Positions 25,967-36,374 of a DNA stretch of 64,000 bases are shown here, piece by piece. A program made the position numbers and the translations under genes. The notes beneath the pieces are model-generated. The model was not told the DNA's origin and ran no database searches. It saw only the letters and a list, made by a program, of their open reading frames with translations. The number at the start of each line of letters is the position of its first letter. Positions within the stretch are counted from its first letter, which is position 1. The DNA is from Oopsacas minuta. Its lineage: Eukaryota > Animalia > Porifera. Location: the NCBI GenBank assembly GCA_024704765.1, contig JAKMXF010000033.1, positions 496,001-560,000 on the forward strand, given 5' to 3'.

Positions 25967-26314
25967 TATAATTAATATCAAACCTAAAATATTTACAAAT
26001 TTGTAAAAATACTGTACAACTAACAAAACAGGATATAAATAGAAATATGATATATTGCCCGTCTCCATATATGCCTGTATATCAAAAATGCATATCCAAT
26101 CAATATATTTATATGATGAACATCTGATTTGATCGCTAATTGTGTATATCTGTAGAAACTTTTTATCGCTACGTAATGTAATGGCGAGTAGGACGTGATA
26201 TCACAAAGTCCTTCTAGCTCTTATACAATAGTACACCGAATTATAGTATTATTGCAATAGCAAGAGATACGTTTTGATTACGAATTAACACGAGTAATAC
26301 GTACAAACAAAATA

Positions 26315-26448
26315 CAGTCAACTCCAGTTATATCGAAGCTTAAGAGACCGCGATAATTACTTCGATATGACAGATGGAATACATGTTACTTTGATGGTTT
26401 GGGACCACATTGTACAATTTCAGATTTCGGTATAACGGGAGTGGACTG
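26315..26448 (+). mobile_element. pogo-type MITE family 1
   Basis: TA|CAGTCAACTCCAGTTATATCG ... CGGTATAACGGGAGTGGACTG|TA; TIR of about 20 bp with TA duplication. Confidence 0.9.
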
Positions 26449-26688
26449 TAGCTCTGATATGGGAGTATAAGGAATAATTCCTTGAGGTTATTTATTCAGA
26501 TTTATCACTAAGATACTAGTGAATAATTATAATGCAATATAACACGGGCCAAGAGGTCGTGATTTGGACACTAAGGTAGAGCTCTCAGAGAGATTTTCCA
26601 AGGCAAAGTGAATGAAAATAATATTGTTTTTAATAAGCTATACAAGATCATTCGAATACTTAAAGAATTATAACCTATACTCCTAACA

Positions 26689-27234
26689 TTAATTCATTTT
26701 GAAAAACTTCAATATTCGTTTCAATAAAGTTGGCTTTTCTTTAACATTTTCAGAAATAATAACTCTATCATCTTTATGTGTAGTCTCCTGTAAGTGTATA
26801 GCTCCTATAATACTCTCTTCTCTCTCTTTAATAATAGTTTTAATATGCTCCATAGCTAGTATAACGAACCTCTTACGATTACCACGTTTAATCATTTTAT
26901 CAAGCTGAAGAGCTTCGTATTGCATAGTTAATAGCATATTCTTCTCCTTAAGGAGTATATACCATAGTTTGTGTAGATCCTCACTGTTCTTAAGTCTGAG
27001 TTCATCCAGTCGCCAGCCCCTCCCGTACTCCAATCCGTCTCTAAATACGGTTAAATTAGAAGGGAAGAACTGCTTCAGGGCAGCTGGTGTCTCAGGATGG
27101 AAATCTAAAGTCTTGGGAAGCTTTTTAACTATTTTCTTACCATCAGTACTGTTATAACGTATTGTTAGATGTATACTATGCTTATTCGTATTAGATAGAG
27201 TAGATAGAAATCTAGCTGGTGTCTTACCATACAT
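26689..27234 (-). CDS. MRPL47: Mitochondrial ribosomal protein L47 (uL29m), intronless
   Basis: GRGWRLDELRLKNSEDLHKLWYILLKEKNMLLT is the diagnostic MRP-L47 motif. Confidence 0.95.
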   Translation of the reverse strand: MYGKTPARFLSTLSNTNKHSIHLTIRYNSTDGKKIVKKLPKTLDFHPETPAALKQFFPSNLTVFRDGLEYGRGWRLDELRLKNSEDLHKLWYILLKEKNMLLTMQYEALQLDKMIKRGNRKRFVILAMEHIKTIIKEREESIIGAIHLQETTHKDDRVIISENVKEKPTLLKRILKFFKMN

Positions 27235-27332
27235 TATAGAATCTAAACCAATAAAATGACATGTAAAGCCAGATTGGAAATCTGTAAACTAGGATTTTAA
27301 AAATATGCAGGATTGCATATTTCATAAACTAA

Positions 27333-27473
27333 AGTAACTTTCGTTATATCGAAGGGACCACGATAATTACTTCTATATAACCGGTGAATAGATGTTACTC
27401 TGACCGTTTGGGATCAAACTCGTGCAATTCCAGACTTTGATATATCCATATTTGATATAAGAAAGATTGACTG
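27333..27473 (+). mobile_element. pogo-type MITE family 1, degenerate, between DNAI3 and MRPL47
   Basis: AGTAACTTTCGTTATATCGAAGGGACCACGATAATTACTT ... GATATAAGAAAGATTGACTG. Confidence 0.75.
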
Positions 27474-27546
27474 ATAATAAAACAACATAGTGGTAACGCG
27501 AATTACACGATGGATATAATTGATATAAATAAGCCCATACAGTCAA

Positions 27547-30500
27547 TCAATCCTGATCCTCTTCAGGTATCAATCCCAGTTGCTTCAATAACTTGTGTTC
27601 TAAGGCTAAATACTCTTCATATAGTCTATCATTCTCTTCTGTAGCTCTGTCTGTTTGTTTTATATCAGATTTCTTAGTGAAGCTATCCGCATGAATTTTT
27701 TTCATTTCCTGCTCTCTAACAGCTTCCCTCTCTCTTCTGTAGGATAGAGCCTTCTCTGCTCGTTCCCAGTAACTCTCCATAAGAGAGGATTCATTAGAAG
27801 AAGGGTGTCTTAAACTCCATGGGATCTATTAAAGCAATAATTAGTATAGAAACGTATTAATTCGAATTAGTACAGTTAACTTCTGTTATATCGAAGCCTA
27901 AGGGACCGCGATAAATACTTCGGTATTACTGGTAAAATATATGTTACTTTGACAGTTTAGGACCATATTTGTACACGATATAAGCGGGTATATAAATCTG
28001 AATTAGAATTATCATCGCTACATACCTGCAATAAGTGTAAAGTTCCGCTAGAGTCCCCTATAGCCAGTAACATAACATCCTTAGTGAGAGAGAACGGTTC
28101 TAGAGTAGTGAGAGCACTACTAGACACGTTCTGCTTCATGACAGGCTCATGGGATCGATCCATTAAATCCCATACCTCCAGATATCCGTCAGTTCGTCCT
28201 ATGAAGAATACCCCAGGTCGGGAGGGGCACCAACAGCCTGATAGTCTACGGACATCAGAACATGATGACTCAAATATTGGCCCTTCTTGCAATCCTTCAG
28301 TCCATAGACAAAATTTCCAACCACCAACCGACAGTAATAGCTCACTGAAGAAAGGACATCTAATGGATGACATCATATAAAATAATACTGTATTTCTCAC
28401 TCATTTATCGATTCAGGCATTCAATTGATTGGCTGCTGGCTGATTCAGATAATTGAGTGAAATACAGAGTATAGTCAATTCCCGTTATATCAAACACGGA
28501 TATACCGAAATACCTGCTTATATCGAGGTCTGTAATTGTACAATATAGTCACAAACCGTCAAATTAACAAATATTCCATCAGTTATAGCGAAGTAATTAT
28601 CGCGGTCCCTTGAGGTTTGATAGAACAGGAGTTGACTGGTGTAAAATATAATATCCAAATATATGTATACCTGCTTAGTGAGGATACAATACCACTGTGT
28701 GCTGAGAAAGATACTTCAGGTCTCTGTGGTGTAAACCTACCTTCTCCATCCTTAATAGGTATCCAATCAGTACAAACAATCTCTCCATCTTCGGTGCCTA
28801 CATAGAACTTACTGCTCTTAGACTGAGTATCTGTAGATTCTCCTGATAACGATTTGGATTTGGTATCCTGACGATATAGTTTAGCTTTCCCTAAAATATA
28901 AAATAAATGTAAGATCCTACAGATCAGCGGTTCCCAACCATTTTCACCCATGACCTCCTATACCAATTTTAACACATTCTGTGGCCCCCCTGCTGTCGTC
29001 CGTGGACCACAAAGGGTTCCATGAACCCCAGGTTGGGAACCGCTGGTCCAATTGAGGCCTTACCTGACTGATGTCTGTCTTTAAAACTCATTCTAGTAGC
29101 CCCGAAATCTCCAGGATTATTCCCTCTAGGCAGGCTAACATATAAGAAAGGTTTCCATACAGTATCTAGGTGTATGAATGTAGCAGGTAGATCCAATGAT
29201 CTGTTCTTTAGAGCAGGATCAGGTTCACTGACACCCTCCTTACTGGAAGGGAGGGGACGAGTATCCCAGAAGTATACCATACCTGATAATAAGTAGTTAT
29301 AAACAGATAGACACAGACGAATAGAAATATTTTGTTCTACCCTAATAAGGGATTAGTATGGAGCGTTTCCAGAGATTTTAAAAAGCCACCAAAACCCATA
29401 TTCATTGCCCTGTTTTAACTGGAATGGTCTCCCTAAGCTTATTAGTTATTTAACCATGGACTGTGAATTTAGTATATTTATTTCATATACACGTCCCACC
29501 ATGCATAAACCAAGCGAGAAGTGTCTTAATATGACCTAGAACAACATCCAAGCAGAGAAGCCATCTCTATCCATGGTGAAATAACTGATAAACATATAGG
29601 CTATAACAATACAACTTACCATCCAGAGAAGAAGAAATAACCTGATAACATTGATGTGTTTGATTCTCCACAATCGACCCGAGGTTATCTCTCTCCCTTC
29701 CTATCTCTGTATGTGCAGGTACCCACTGTATGTCTGTAACCATATTCTTATGTCCGTGTTCAATAGAACTACGTGTACAATATCTGACAACAGGAGCTGA
29801 CTGTACCTTCTCCTCTGTATCGAATATAGCTTGAGCTGTAGCCATGTATCCCTGTGTCTCAGAACCAGATGAAGTGCCTCGGTTTGTCATCAATCTTTCC
29901 TCCCACTGACTAATATCCCATAGTACAATGTAGCCATTCATACAACCTGAATAGAATATATATTTGGTGTAATATATACTATCAACTCCTCTTAATAAAA
30001 CTAAAGAACAACACAATTCTGTCTAAAGCAAGTCAAACACTCTATGATTGAGCCAAACCCATCCAATGTACAAACTTCAAAATTTTCGGATCGTCTAGGC
30101 CTCCGTGAATCATGTTTATAGCAATGACAGGTAAATAGAATCCGATTTGGTCAAATTAATCTCATTTTAGTCTATATTTGCCTCATTTTTGTGCATGTAT
30201 AATGTACCTAGCTTATTATGATTCCAACTCAAGAGAAATTTCGTCTTAAAATGAAAGGCACGAAGTGCCAGCAGGACAGGTAACCCAAGTAATCTTGCTT
30301 ACTTGAATACATTAATTAAAACAGTATTTACCTCCTACAATAATATTGGGGTTAACAGGGTTAAATTGGAAGCACATAACATCATCAGGAGCTTCCAGCA
30401 TTAACATAGGATGTATTGGATCTACAAAACTCCAGATTAATACTCTAGACGGATTCATAGTAATATGATGTAGAGCATCTATTCTTCTATCGAACGATAA

Positions 30501-32971
30501 GCTATAAGCACAGGAAATAGCTAGCAATCCCTTCACGGTAGGATGCCAGTCTATACAAGTTATAGTCTTGTCTTTACTGTACTGGAGATCTGTAAATGAT
30601 TGGTACTCCTTCAGAGAGTTGTCTGTCTTAACGGAGAATAGGGCATCACCCTCCGCATTCAACTGTGAGTAATCGTCTATGAATATGTTTGCTATTAAGT
30701 TCTGTTGTAGTGATAGCTATATAGAGATTGTACGATATGTTACATGATATAATTAATAGTGTTAACACTAACCTCTATATTATCTATGTATAGTAGTAAG
30801 AACTGAGCTATCAGAGAGGATTCTGTGTCAGATAGTACTTCTCTAGCTGAGTACTGTACTGTAGCATTCTTGGGGGAAGGCCAACTATTAAGAGAGAGAG
30901 TAGAGAATAACACAAAATAGTTGCATTACTGTAGATATCTAAATATTTTTGTATTATCACGTACTCAGTCTGTGAATGTGTCTCTTCTATATCCGGTATA
31001 GCCTGTACGCCTCTCTCCAGCTGTAGAGTGTTGAGGGAAAATACAGGCTCCTCAGAAGACTGACATTCTGCATATAACTCTTTATGATCGATACAGGAGC
31101 GATCAGAGAACATAAAAGGTTGATTGAATTTATTTCTCTTCTTCCAGATTCTCTGACGCATACGGGGACGAGTGGGCACAACTCTCCACCTTTCTATCTC
31201 ATTCTCACTGCCCTGAGATACCCACGGGCCTCTAGGAGGAGGAGTAACAGATGGATCTATATGTTCTACTTCAACTGCTTCCTCTCCCTCTTCTCCTAAA
31301 GCTATAAACAAATAATTATTACATAAACTACCATGGATAAGAACTACAGAAACGGGGAACTTCTGGAAACGGAGTGAAAATAAATAGAACGAATTCCTAG
31401 TACCTTACAAATGAACCTCCACAAATGGGGAAACAGGGTAGCATTTTCGGCGTCCCTGGTACCCCGTTTACACCGTACAATATACTTACCCTCCTCTGAA
31501 CCAGCTACTACCTCCTCCACTGGTGGAGCTAGTATACTCTCCATAGCACTGACAGTGAGACATATAACAAAGTTCTGTCCAAATTTAAAATCAATATCAT
31601 AGACTAGCAACAGATCATTTGATACATAATGTTCTATCTGTTTCTTGAGAGGCTGGAAATCTGAAACAGCTGCTCGGTTAAATATATCCTCTAGAATAGT
31701 CTTCTTGCTGATTAGCTTGTCAGGATGATCTTCTGTGACATCAACATCTGCTTCTAGCTAAAGAAGAAATTAAATATATTTCCCTCAAATTAATACAGTC
31801 AACTCCCGTACTATCGGAGCTCAAGGGACCGCAATAATTCGATATAACCTATGATTGTTAGTTTGATGGTTTGGGACCATATTTGTACAATTTAACGCTT
31901 CGATATAAGCTGATACGCATTAGGATATATCCGTGTTTGATATAACGAGAGTTGACTGTAATTGTTTAATGAGTATTCCTGAATAGTAAACATAACAAAG
32001 AATAGAACAATATACTTGTATAGAGAGATCAGATCTGTACTTCAACTAGAAAAGACTTACTCATCCTACCAGAGAATTCCTCCATATAGTTGCTAGTCAT
32101 GGCCTGAGTAACCTCTCTGATGCTGAGGGTAGGTAATGCTCCCTGACACATAGCTTGTTTACCCGGGTTACAGCCATATCTGGTGGTGTTTTGTATACGA
32201 ATCTGAGGGTCCATTCGGGGCCGAGTGTATGAGTATCGTGACGTAGATATCCCCTCTCCGTATACACCGTAGTTATTAGCTTTCTGGGCGAATCTGTACT
32301 CACTGGATCCTAAGTTACCAACCCCGTGAGCTGAGAGGAAGGAAGGGACCGAACCATTCTCAGTGAAATCCCGCTCATAAGTGGACGCTAAACTATTTGG
32401 CGCAGGACGTGTATCCATGGTTATAGTGGGTAGCTGTTTCATAGGAGAAGTAGGTTGCATTGCGAATTTGTTAGGAAGTCTCCAGTTCGTTAACCCTAAG
32501 GAGGGGTGAGGAGTATTTCGCGAGGCGTGTACTTCACTTCTGTAACGATTCTGATTAACATTCTTATTATGGAAGTTCTGTGAGTAATGTGTAGAGTAGT
32601 ATGTATTATCAAGGACAGGCATTTTAGGAAAATCCATTTATTGTGAATATTACAAAAGTATATACAAATTTGTTAAAATAAGAATGAGACAAGCATTTAT
32701 ACTTGTGGGATAGTGACTAATGAGGAGTGTGATTAGAGTGGTCAAGTCAACCAATGAGATTATGGTGCATAACTATTAGTATTACCTTGAAAAGTTTTTG
32801 TGTGACAGATGATAAGAAGATTGGTTGAGAGCCTGGAGGTAGCTCTTCAGGGAGTATGATCTGTCTTCTTGCTGGCTCCTCTGGGACTACAGGTTCCTCA
32901 GAGGGTGGACCTACATCAGCATCCTCTGTCGGAGGAGGAACATCTACTGGAGGAGCTGTGTCTTCAGACAT
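27547..32971 (-). CDS. DNAI3: Dynein axonemal intermediate chain 3 (WDR63/IC140 ortholog), multi-exon
   Basis: Exon 2 LEADVDVTEDHPDKLISKKTILEDIFNRAAVSDFQP...LLLVYDIDFKFGQNF matches the WDR63 N-terminus. WD40 exons contain SFTDLQYSKDKTITCIDWHP, GCMNGYIVLWDI, FYVGTEDGEI and SRPGVFFIGRTDGYLEVWDL. The tail is YEEYLALEHKLLKQLGL. Confidence 0.92.
27873..27990 (+). mobile_element. pogo-type MITE family 1, right end truncated, in a DNAI3 intron
   Basis: TA|CAGTTAACTTCTGTTATATCGAAGCCTAAGGGACCGCGATAA...GGACCATATTTGTAC. Confidence 0.8.
28471..28638 (-). mobile_element. pogo-type MITE family 1, reverse orientation, in a DNAI3 intron
   Basis: AGTCAATTCCCGTTATATC ... AAGTAATTATCGCGGTCCCTTGAG ... GGAGTTGACTG. 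Confidence 0.85.
28925..29045 (+). mobile_element. hAT-type MITE (Charlie-like TIR) in a DNAI3 intron
   Basis: Perfect 15-bp TIR CAGCGGTTCCCAACC / GGTTGGGAACCGCTG; the 8-bp TSD is not preserved here. Confidence 0.85.
31346..31476 (+). mobile_element. Partial copy of the MITE found at 54475-54614
   Basis: Shared internal sequence GGAAACGGA...GGTAG(C/T)ATTTTCGGCGTCCCTG. Confidence 0.55.
31796..31958 (+). mobile_element. pogo-type MITE family 1 in DNAI3 intron 1
   Basis: TA|CAGTCAACTCCCGT ... GATATAACGAGAGTTGACTG|TA. Confidence 0.9.
32029..32637 (-). CDS. Uncharacterised 202-aa ORF nested in DNAI3 intron 1 on the same strand
   Basis: ATG-to-stop 609-nt ORF that is GC-richer than its flanks. 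It lies between DNAI3 exon 1 (donor near 32787) and exon 2 (starts 31758). It contains STYERDF, STSRYSY, RNTPHP and TTRYGCN motifs. Confidence 0.75.
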   Translation of the reverse strand: MDFPKMPVLDNTYYSTHYSQNFHNKNVNQNRYRSEVHASRNTPHPSLGLTNWRLPNKFAMQPTSPMKQLPTITMDTRPAPNSLASTYERDFTENGSVPSFLSAHGVGNLGSSEYRFAQKANNYGVYGEGISTSRYSYTRPRMDPQIRIQNTTRYGCNPGKQAMCQGALPTLSIREVTQAMTSNYMEEFSGRMSKSFLVEVQI

Positions 32972-33129
32972 AATATTACGAATTCAAAAGACTTTGTATA
33001 CCAGTGCTAGAAATAATAATGACATCAAAAGTTACTTAATTAAAATTAATTTACTGTTGAGAAAAAAAATACAACTTGGTTTGTGAAATTAGGAATATTC
33101 CTACTTTTCGGGGAATATTTATATTTCAT

Positions 33130-33203
33130 CAGTTTTATCGAATTACGCGTATATCAAAGTAATTTTCACGGTTCCTTCAGCTTTGACATAACGGGAGTTA
33201 ACT
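33130..33203 (-). mobile_element. Family-1 MITE fragment
   Basis: AAAGTAATTTTCACGGTTCCTTCAGCTTTGACATAACGGGAGTTAACT is the reverse complement of the left arm. Confidence 0.6.
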
Positions 33204-33304
33204 AATAACCAATTGATTTTGATCAAAACTGGAAAGTAACAAATTTCGTATATAATAAATAAATAAAAACGTAAATCGAGCAAATAATGCCTGAGAAATC
33301 AATG

Positions 33305-34033
33305 TTAATAAACTAGCGGTTTGTTGCCGACAAATGAATAGAACTTTACCATCCATAACATCAAAATTTTGTAACAAGTTAGATATTCCTCCTTCACATT
33401 ATTAAACTTATATTTCTTGAGAGTAGAAGCATGCAATCTCCTCAAGTTACAGCCTCCCCCGTAATATAGATGGACAGGTAGAAATAGAATTTGAATTATG
33501 TTTAGAATCAAATTATTTTGCTGTTTGATGTGTTCAAATAATGCTAGAGTTCCTCCAAGCTTTAGCACAGAGTATAATCCATCTATTACTACCTCTGAAT
33601 TGTCAACAGAACAAAGCACGAATATTCCTGTTATGGTATCAAATTCTAGCTTGGGATTCTTCTTAGCAAATTGCTCAAATGTTCCACTGAACAATTCTAC
33701 GGGCAGATTGTACTGTTTAGCTCTCTGTAATAATTTGGTGTGTAAATGCACGTTTGGCTCCACACAAGTTATATGGTTAATATTCTTCTTATACAAACTG
33801 TAATATTTGAGATTTATCCCATCCCCTGTCCCGATATCTAATACATTTCCTTTTAAATTCACTTGCTTTAACCAATTCACTTTCATTGCCCGTGTAGCCC
33901 AGTCGACAAATACAGATAATCTAAGGTAGCCCCAGACCAAAGCAAACCATTTCTCCCTCCAATTCCTGCTCACAGCAAACAGCAAGCCTACCGAGAGGAT
34001 TAATGCAATTATTGCAATAGAAATACCTCTCAA
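33305..34033 (-). CDS. METTL7/TMT1-like class I SAM-dependent methyltransferase with N-terminal membrane anchor; start codon unresolved
   Basis: VLDIGTGDGINLKYY...ITCVEPNVHLH...FDTITGIFVLCSV...LKLGGTLALFEH...GGCNLRR resembles METTL7. The N-terminus is hydrophobic. The ORF track start at 34033 is TTG. Confidence 0.8.
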   Translation of the reverse strand: MRGISIAIIALILSVGLLFAVSRNWREKWFALVWGYLRLSVFVDWATRAMKVNWLKQVNLKGNVLDIGTGDGINLKYYSLYKKNINHITCVEPNVHLHTKLLQRAKQYNLPVELFSGTFEQFAKKNPKLEFDTITGIFVLCSVDNSEVVIDGLYSVLKLGGTLALFEHIKQQNNLILNIIQILFLPVHLYYGGGCNLRRLHASTLKKYKFNNVKEEYLTCYKILMLWMVKFYSFVGNKPLVY

Positions 34034-34157
34034 TAAATCCAGTTTATTTCACAAATAATAAAGGTAAGCTGGATTTCTAAATTCTAAATTTAAACTGTTG
34101 ACGAAGCTAATATTGAGCATATTAAATGTAATATAATATCTGATAATTCTGAGAAAA

Positions 34158-34246
34158 GATTGATACAAGAATATTCTAGTATGAGATAAGATTAATACAA
34201 GAATATTCTAGTATGAGATAAGATTAATACAAGAATATTCTAGTAT
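34158..34246. repeat. 32-bp tandem repeat, about 2.7 copies, in the METTL7-like/GSS divergent spacer
   Basis: Unit AATACAAGAATATTCTAGTATGAGATAAGATT; TACAAG recurs at 34164, 34196 and 34228. Confidence 0.93.
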
Positions 34247-34426
34247 CATTTGTATACTAAAAATAATCTAATATATCATTGATATAATACAATGTGAGTC
34301 ATTCAACAATTTGCAAACTTATTTGACGGAGATACACCTAAATATACGAAGTAATTAACTGTAAGACAGTCAATTCAAAACGCATAAATAATGAAACTAT
34401 CCTAGGTATGGCATTATATATAGAAA

Positions 34427-35908
34427 ATGGCTGACTGGAATATCTTCAATCTACAACAGATAGAAGCTACAAAATTTAAAGATTTTGTGAAACTTTCTCG
34501 CTTCTATGCGAGCAGTCCAGTTGGATTAATGATGTATAGGACAGCTGTAGACACAAGTACGAAGTTCTCATCTCAACCTCTTCCCTTCACTCTGCTCCCT
34601 TCTCCCTTCCCTAAGGGACAGTTCCAAGAAGCACTAGATCTACAAACTCATTTCAATACCCTGATACATGAATGTACTCTAGATCATGAGTTCTTGCTAG
34701 AAGCATTGGAAGAGCCAGCGCAGACAGACCTATTTATATCTAAGCTGTTACATCTCTTGAAGGAGTGTAAACCTTACACAAGCAAGAAACGCGTATTCCT
34801 AAATATGATCCGTAACGATTACATGCTACATCCCTCAACAACTCCTGAACAGATTAAATTTGATTTGAAACAAGTAGAAATCAATACTATTGCAGCCGGA
34901 TTTGTTAACATAGGGCCACGAGCCAATGCACTACACAAATTCACCCTCAACTACTATCAAGAGCTAACACACAGCAGGGATAATATCGTTCTACCGGAGA
35001 ATAAGGCCGATGAGTTGTCAGCACTCGCAATGGCTACAGCTTATAACAAATACTGCGAGGTTTATAACGCTGCGAAATCTAACACAATAATCTTATTCAT
35101 TGTAGTGTCTGAAGAGAAGGAGTATAATGTATTTGATCAGAGACCTATAGAAGTGCGATTATTCGAGGAACACAGGATACGAGTTAGGAGGCTAACCTTA
35201 CAATCTCTTATAGATAAAGTGACTATAGGAGATAAACAAGAGCTGAGAGTTGATGGAGAAGAGATAGCAGTAGCTTACTTTAGATCAGGTTATAATGAAA
35301 AGTTCTATCCGACAGAGAAGGAATGGAAAGTGAGAACAATCATAGAGCAATCTAATACAGTTTGTGTACCGAGTATTGCTGCACATTTAGCTACATTCAA
35401 GTCTATTCAGCAGAAGTTATGTGAGGCTGGGGCTGTAGAGAAGTATATAAAAGATCCTAACATAGTGAAACGCATAAGAGATACTTTTGCAGAGCAGATC
35501 GCATTAGACGGATCCAAGAAAGCTCAAGATACTATCGCTCTAGTACGAAAAAACCCAAAGTTATACGTCCTGAAGCCTAACAAGGAAGGAGGTGGTAACA
35601 ACTATTTTGATGACGATATTCTCCCGGTAATAAAAGCAATAGAGAATACAGATGAAATGAAGAATCATATTCTTATGCAGAGACTGAACCCTCCTGATCT
35701 ACAAATGTGTCTAGTTAACCCGAATAAAGAAGCGTATCTAACTAAGGGTAACAGTGAGCTGGGAATATTCGGGTATTATGTGAAGGTAGATGATAAAGTA
35801 GAGATGAACGTAGAAGGAGGACATGTACTAAGGAGTAAGGACCAGAAAGATAATGAATGTGGAATTAGCACAGGTATTGGGTATGTAGACAGTCCATACT
35901 TGGTTTAA
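34427..35908 (+). CDS. GSS: Eukaryotic glutathione synthetase, intronless, 493 aa
   Basis: Motifs RNDYM, LKQVEINTIAAGF, YFRSGY, LKPNKEGGGNNY, SELGIFG, GGHVLRSK and terminal VDSPYLV. Confidence 0.97.
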   Translation: MADWNIFNLQQIEATKFKDFVKLSRFYASSPVGLMMYRTAVDTSTKFSSQPLPFTLLPSPFPKGQFQEALDLQTHFNTLIHECTLDHEFLLEALEEPAQTDLFISKLLHLLKECKPYTSKKRVFLNMIRNDYMLHPSTTPEQIKFDLKQVEINTIAAGFVNIGPRANALHKFTLNYYQELTHSRDNIVLPENKADELSALAMATAYNKYCEVYNAAKSNTIILFIVVSEEKEYNVFDQRPIEVRLFEEHRIRVRRLTLQSLIDKVTIGDKQELRVDGEEIAVAYFRSGYNEKFYPTEKEWKVRTIIEQSNTVCVPSIAAHLATFKSIQQKLCEAGAVEKYIKDPNIVKRIRDTFAEQIALDGSKKAQDTIALVRKNPKLYVLKPNKEGGGNNYFDDDILPVIKAIENTDEMKNHILMQRLNPPDLQMCLVNPNKEAYLTKGNSELGIFGYYVKVDDKVEMNVEGGHVLRSKDQKDNECGISTGIGYVDSPYLV

Positions 35909-36069
35909 ATCAAATGTACAAGATCAAGCATATATATCAAATACCTTGTAATTGGAATGAAAGTCAGTTTTCATTATTACTCCATTGTTATTGTTATAAC
36001 CATTATTATAGTAAATTTCAGTTACGTATGCAATAATAAAGCTTGATTTCTGTATACTTAGTCGTAGAG

Positions 36070-36235
36070 CAGCTGTTAGGGTACATGGACCTCTTGGGGG
36101 TCACGAACGACAGGAAGAGGCCCACAGGAACTCAAAATTTGTATTGCAGCCTATGGAAGGGATTTACAGAATGTGTTAACATTGGTATTTAGGTCCATGA
36201 GCGCGGACCACAAGTAAATGAAGTTGGGAATCAGA
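36070..36235 (-). mobile_element. hAT-type MITE, longer degenerate copy
   Basis: Shares ACAGAATGTGTTAACATTGGTAT...GGTCCATG...GTTGGGAA with 22223, 28925 and 40825. Confidence 0.6.
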
Positions 36236-36374
36236 GTATTCAATATACGAGTAGCAGGGTCTAAGTCCATATAAAGTTAATAAATACATTAACTTAGTGA
36301 AGGAATATAAGAATTACATATAAATAACATAATGAAGTAAATACATAAAAAATTCGTCCCAAATACCCTATAAC

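Noticed and set aside
25676-26068. HTH ORF as a bacterial IS3 element or contamination
   Set aside because: There is no adjacent DDE/integrase ORF and no terminal inverted repeats. It has a spliceosomal donor, and its flanks are eukaryotic genes and eukaryotic MITEs.
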